Source: the human T2T-CHM13v2.0 reference genome, Homo sapiens
Direction: 5' to 3' (one strand)
Assembly: GCF_009914755.1 (NCBI RefSeq)
Contig: NC_060940.1
DNA: 64,000 bases
The notes under the pieces: model-generated
What the model was told of the DNA's origin: nothing
Seen by the model: the letters and a program-made list of their open reading frames with translations, nothing else
Databases searched by the model: none
Part shown: positions 58,001 through 64,000 of the stretch, piece after piece
Layout: each line of letters starts with the position of its first letter
Position numbering within the stretch: the first letter of the stretch is position 1
Position numbers and translations under genes: made by a program

Positions 58001-60910
58001 TGATTCCATTCTATTCCATTCGATGATGATTCCATTCGAGTCCATTCGATGATTCCATTCGAGTCCATTTAATGATTCCATTGGGTTCAATTCAATGATG
58101 ATTACATTGGATTCCGTTCTATGATTCCATTCAATTCCGTTCATTGACAATTTGATTCCATTCGATGATGATTCCATTTGAGTTCATTCGATGATTCTAT
58201 TCGATTCTCTTCGATGGTGATTCAATTCTATTATATTGGATGATTCCATTCGATTCCATTTGATGTTGATTCAATTCGATTCTATTCGATGATGATTCCA
58301 TTGGATTTCACTTGATGATTCTATTCGATTCCATTCAATGATGATTCACTTCTCGTCCATTGGATGATTCCATTTCATTCCATTCGATGATGATTCCATT
58401 CGATTCCATTCGATGATTCCATTTGATTCCATGCGACGGTGAGCAATTCGATTCAATTCCATGATGATTCTATTTGATTCAATTAGATGATGTTTCCATT
58501 CGAATCCATTCCATGATTATTCCATTGGAATCCATTCGGCGATGATTCCATATGAGTCAATTCAATGATGATTCCATATGGGTCCGTTCGATGATAATTC
58601 CATTTGATTTCATTCGATGCTTCTATTCAATTCCAGTCGATGATGATTCCGTTGGAGTCCATACGATGATTCCATTTGATTTCATTTGATGATGATTCCA
58701 TTCGATGATGATTACATTGGATTCCATTCTATGATTCCATTCAATTCCATTCGTTGATGATTCGATTCCATTCAATGATGATTCCATTTGAGTTCATTCG
58801 ATGATTCTATTCGATTCCGTTCGATGGTGATTCAATTCTCTTATATTGGATGATTCCACTCGATTCCATTTGATGATAATTCCATTGGAGTCCACTTAGT
58901 GAATCCTTTAGATTCTACTCGAAGATGATTCCATTCGAGTCCATTCGATGATACCATTCAATTCCATTCGTTGATGCTTCCATTCAAGTGCATTCGATGA
59001 TATCATTCGGTTCCATTTGATGATAATTCCATTTGATTCCATGCGATGATTCTATTCGATTCCATTCAATGATAATTCCATTCAATTCAGTGATTCCTCT
59101 GGACTCCATTTGATGATGATTCCATTCAATGATTCCATTCGATTCTATTCCAAAATGATTCCATTTGAATCCATTTGATGATGATTCCATTAGATTCCAT
59201 TTGATGATTCCATTCGATTCCATTTGACGATGATTCCATTCGATTCCATTTGATGATTCCATTCTATTCTATTCGATGATGATTCCATTCGATTCCATTC
59301 GATGATGATTGGATTCGATTCCATTTGATGATTTCATTTGATTCCATTCGTTAATGATTTCGATCAATTCCATTCGATGATTCCATTCGATTCGATTCGA
59401 TAATGATTACATCCGAGTCCATTCGGTGATTCCATTTGAGCCTGTTCGATAATTCCATTTGAGTCCAACCAATGATTCCATTCATTTCCATTCAATGATT
59501 CCGTTCGAGTCCATTTGATCATTCCGGTATTGTCCATTCGATGTTGATTCCATTGGAGTGCATTCGATGATTCCATTCGAGTCCATTTTATGATTTGATT
59601 CGAGTCCTTTCGATGATTCCATTCGATTCCACTCGATGATGATTTCATTCGAGTCCATTCGACACTTCCAATCGATTCCATTTGATGTTTCCATTCGAGT
59701 CCAATTGATGATTCCATTCAATTCCATTCGATGATGATTCCGTACGATTCCATTCTGTGATGATTCCATGTGATTGCATTCAATGATGATTCCTTTCGAT
59801 TGCATTCGATTATGATTCATTTCGTGTTCATTCTATGGTTCCACAGGTTTCCATTCGTGTCCATTCCATTATTCCATTCTATTCCATTTGATGATGATTC
59901 CATTCGATTCCATTCATTGGTGATTCCACTCAATTCCATTCAATGATTCCATTCCATTTCTTTCAACAATGATTCCATTAGTTTCTAATCGATGATCCAC
60001 TTAATTCCATTTGACGACGATTCCATTCTTGTCCATTCGATGATTCCATTTGATTGCATATGATGATGATTCCATTCGATTCCATACGATGATGATTCCA
60101 TTCGAGTCCATTCAATGGTGATTCCATTCAATTCCATTCGATGATTCCTTTCGATTCCATTCGATGATGATGGCATTCGATTCTTTCAATCATTCCCTTT
60201 GATTCCATTCAAAGGTGATTTCATTCAAGTCCATTCGATAATTGCATTCGATTCCATTCTATGATGATTCCATTCGAGTCCATTTGATGATTCCATTCAA
60301 TTCAAGTCAATGATGATTCCATTCGATTCCATTCGATGATTCCATTGGATTCCATTCGATGATGATTCCATTCAAATCCATTCGATAATTCAATTCAAGT
60401 CCATTCGATGATGATTAAAATCGAATCCATTCAAAGATTCCATTCAGTTCCATTCGATGATTCCCTTAGATTCCATTCGATGATTCCACTTGATTCCATT
60501 TACGATGATTCCATTCGATTCCATGTGATGATTCCATTCAATTCTATTCAATGCTGTTTCCATTTGATTCCATTCGACCATGATTGCCTTTGATTCCATT
60601 CAATGACTCCATTCGGTTCCTTTTGATGATGATTCCGTTCGATTCCATTTCATTATTCCATTTGATTCCATTGGATGAGTCCATTCGATTACATTCGATG
60701 ATTATTCCATTCGAGTGCATTAGATGATTCCATTCGAGTCCATTCGATGATTCCATTCGATTCCATTCGATGTTGATTCTGTTCAAATCCATTCGATGAT
60801 TCCACTCGATTCCATTCGATGACTCCAGTTGATCCCATTCGATGATTTCCTTTGATTCCCTTTGATGATCATTCCATTTGATTCAATTCGGTGATTTCAT
60901 TTGATTCCAT
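55003..60910 (+). repeat. ~6.1-kb unit, 5908-bp variant with a 170-bp deletion in segment B and smaller indels
   Basis: Landmark A at 55003 and 60911. The B-to-GATTACATTCGAGTCCATACG distance is 208 bp instead of 378 bp. Confidence 0.8.
58475..58485 (-). promoter_or_regulatory. DUX4 consensus motif TAATTGAATCA (putative)
   Basis: TGATTCAATTA in segment F. Confidence 0.5.
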
Positions 60911-63900
60911 TCAGTGATGTTTCCATTCGACTCCATTCGATGATGATTCCATTCGACTCCATTCGATTATGATTTCATTCAATTCCATTCGATAATGATT
61001 CCCTTCGAGTCCATTCGATGATTCCATTCGATTCCATTCAACGATGATTTGATTCGTGTCCATTCGATGATTCCATTTGATTCCACTTGATGATGATTCC
61101 ATTCGAGTCCATTTGATGATTCCATTCAATTCCATTCTCCGATGATTTCTTTTGAGCCCACTCAATGCTTCCACTCGATTCCATATGATGATGACTCCAT
61201 TCGATGAAATTCGATGATGATTCCATTCGCTTGCATTCGATGATGATTCCACTTGAGTCCCTTAGAAGATTCTATTCAATTACATTCCATGACGATTCCG
61301 TTCGAGTCCAATTGATGATTCCATTAGACTCCATTTGACGATGATTCCATTCGATGTTATTCGATGATTCCATTCGATCTCATTCGATGATGATTCCATT
61401 CAACTCCATTCGATGTTTCCATTCGAGTTCATTCTATTATTCCATTAGATTCCATTCGATGATGATTCCATTCGATTCCATTTGATGATTGCATTCTATT
61501 TCATTTGATGATGATTCCATTCGAGTCCACTCGATGATTCCATTCGAGTCCATTTAATGAATCCATTGGTTTCAATTCTATGATGATTACATTGGATTCC
61601 ATTCGTTGATGATTTCATTCGGTTCCATTCAATGATGATTCCATTCAATTCCTTTCAATGTTTCCATTCAATTCCATACGATGATGATTCCATTTGATTT
61701 GATTCGACAGTGAGCCATTCGATTCAATTCCATGATGATTCTATTTGATTCCATTGGTTGACATTTCCATTCGATTCCATTCGATGATGATTCCCTTTGA
61801 TTCCATTCAAAGATGATTCCATTCTAGCCCATTCAATCATTCCATTCGATTCTATTCAATGATGATTCCATTCATGTCGATTTGGTGATTCCATTTGACT
61901 TCATTTGATGATGATTCCTTTCAAGTTCATTAGATGATTCCATTCGATTCCATTTGATGATGATCCCATTCGAGTCCATTCAGTGATTCCACTCGTTTCC
62001 ATTCCATGGTGATTCCATTCCATTCCATTCAATGATTCCATTCGATTCCGTTTGATGATGATTTCATTCGAGTCCATTTGATGATTCCATTTGATTCCAT
62101 TCGATGATGATTCCATTCGAGTCCATTCGATGATTCTATTCGAATCCATTTGATGATTTCTTTTGATTATAGTTGGTGATGATTCCATTGGAGTCCATTC
62201 AATGATTCCATTCGATTCCAATCGATGGTGATTCCATTAGAGTCCATTTAACGATTCCATTTGATTCCAGTCTCTGATGATTACATTCGAGTCCATACGA
62301 CGATTCCACTCAATTCCATATGATGATGATTCCATTCGATTCCATTCGATGATTCCATTCTATTCTATTCAATGGTGATTCCGTTCGAGTACATTAGATG
62401 ATTCCATTCGATTCCATTCAATGATGATTCTATTTGTGTCCCTTAGATGATTCCACATGATTCCATTAGATGATGATACTATTTGAGCCCATCCAATGAT
62501 TCCCTTCGATTCCATTCGATGAGGATTCCATTCGATTCAATTCATTGGTGATTCTATTCAATTCAATTCTTTGATTCCATTCCATTCCATTCGACAATGA
62601 TTCCATTCGATTTCTTTCGATGATTCCACTCGATTCCACTTGACATTGATTCCCTTCGATTCCATTCAATGATTCCATTTGATTCCAGTGGATGATGATT
62701 GCCATCGATTCCATTCGATCACTCCATTCTATTCCATTTGATGATGATTACATTCGATTCCATTTGACGATTCCATCTGATTCTATTCGAGGATTCCATT
62801 TGATTCCATTCGATGATGATTCCATTCGAGTCCATTCGATGATTTCATTCGAGTACATCCAATGATTCCATTCGAGTCCATTTGATGATTCCATTTGATT
62901 CCATTTGATAATGATTCTACTAGAGTCCATTCAATGACTCCATTCGAGTCCATTCAACAATTCCATTCGACTCCATTTGATGATTCCATTCGATTCCATT
63001 TGATGATTCCATTCGAGTCCATTTAATCATTACAGTCGAGTCCATTTGGTGATTCCACCGGATTTCTTTTGATAATGATACCATTCAATTACATTTGATG
63101 ATGATCCCATTCAATTTCATTTGATGGTGATTCCATTAGAGTCCATTCGATGATTTCATTCGAGTCCCTTCATTGATTCCATCCGATTTCATTGGATGAT
63201 GACTCCATTCGAGTCCATTCGATGATTCCACTCGATTCCATTAGATGATTCCATTGGAGTCCATTTGATTGTTCCATTCGATTCCATTCGATTCCTTTCG
63301 AAGATTATTCCATTTGAGTCCATTCGATGATGATTCCATTCCATTCCATTCGATGATTCCGTTTGATTCCATTCGATGATTCCCTTCGATTCCTTTCTTT
63401 GATGATTCCATTCCATTCCATTCAATGATTCCATTCGAATCTATTCCATGATGATTCCTTTCGATTCTATTCGCTGATGTTTCCTTTCAATTCCATTCGA
63501 TGATGATTCCATTCGATTCCATTCATTGAGGATTCCATTTGATTCCATTCAATGATGATTCCGTTCTATTCCATTCAATGATTGCATTCAATTCCATTCA
63601 ATGATTATCCCATTAGAGTAAACTCAACGATTCCATTCAATACCATTCGATGATGATTCCTTTTGTGTCCATTCAATGATTTCATTCAAGTCCATTTGAT
63701 GATTCCTTTCAATTCCATTCTATGATGATTCCATTCGAGTCCATTCGATGATTCCATTCGATTGCATTCGATGATTCCATTATATTCCAGTCAACGATGA
63801 TTCCATTCGAGTCCATTCGATGATTCCATTAGAGTACAGTTAATGATTGCTTTGTTTTCAATTCGAAGATGATTACATTGGATTCCATTCTATGATACCA

Positions 63901-64000
63901 TTCGATTCCATTCAATGATGATTCCACTCAAATCCATTGGATGATTCCATTCGTGTCCATTCGGTGATTTCATTAGATTCCATTCGAGGATGATTCCATT

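Larger units (their letters stand above)
1..64000 (+). repeat. Human Satellite II (HSat2/HSATII) tandem array, CATTC strand on +; probably the ~6.1-kb-period HSat2B type (chr16q11.2-like)
   Basis: Continuous degenerate ATTCC pentamers with the HSat2-diagnostic CATTCGATTC, CATTCGAGTC and TCGATGATGATTC words from base 1 to 64000. Long pure (CATTC)n runs typical of HSat3 are absent. Family call is secure; subfamily/chromosome is inferred from the 6112-bp period only. Confidence 0.97.

Noticed and set aside
177-63434. Numerous 60-165 aa ORFs, mostly on the - strand (MESSNGIEWNHRM... type)
   Set aside because: They are conceptual translations of GGAAT/GAATC/CATC repeats. They overlap in several frames, open and close with single substitutions between copies, and resemble no protein family. 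The + strand is stop-rich because of TGATGA. Used only as positional landmarks.
1-64000. CRISPR-like or prokaryotic repeat array, or a novel defence system
   Set aside because: There is no constant repeat with unique spacers, no leader and no cas or other genes; all sequence is degenerate satellite monomer.
1-64000. HSat3 or alpha-satellite assignment
   Set aside because: No long pure (CATTC)n runs, and CATTCGATTC with GATGAT spacers dominates, which indicates HSat2. No 171-bp monomer or CENP-B box was seen.
1-64000. Inversion or transposable-element (Alu/L1/LTR) insertion
   Set aside because: No switch to GAATG-strand sequence, no poly(A) tail, and no non-satellite stretch longer than a few tens of bases was seen on reading.

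Overview
The whole 64-kb window is one uninterrupted array of human-type classical Satellite II (HSat2/HSATII) pericentromeric DNA. It is built from degenerate CATTC pentamers arranged as ~23/26-bp monomers (CATTCGATTCCATTCGATGAT(GAT)TC), and the CATTC strand is on + throughout. I see no genes, RNA genes, transposon insertions, CRISPR arrays or inversions; every listed ORF is a translation artefact of the satellite. Unique landmark words and the recurring ORF coordinates show a ~6.1-kb (6112-bp) repeat unit. This period is the one reported for the HSat2B array of chromosome 16q11.2, so that origin is likely but inferred. The unit is heavily rearranged here. There is a near-identical 3 x 4130-bp tandem triplication carrying a ~1.83-kb segment absent from the standard unit, a 4758-bp tandem duplication, several kb-scale deletions at short microhomologies, and a 1299-bp insertion. 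Two copies of an apparent ~16.1-kb three-part super-unit can be reconstructed. Six perfect DUX4-consensus sites are unevenly distributed. I found no evidence of a new gene-encoded system; the interesting signal is the array's nested architecture. Coordinates were read by eye, so breakpoints are approximate to within the stated microhomologies.
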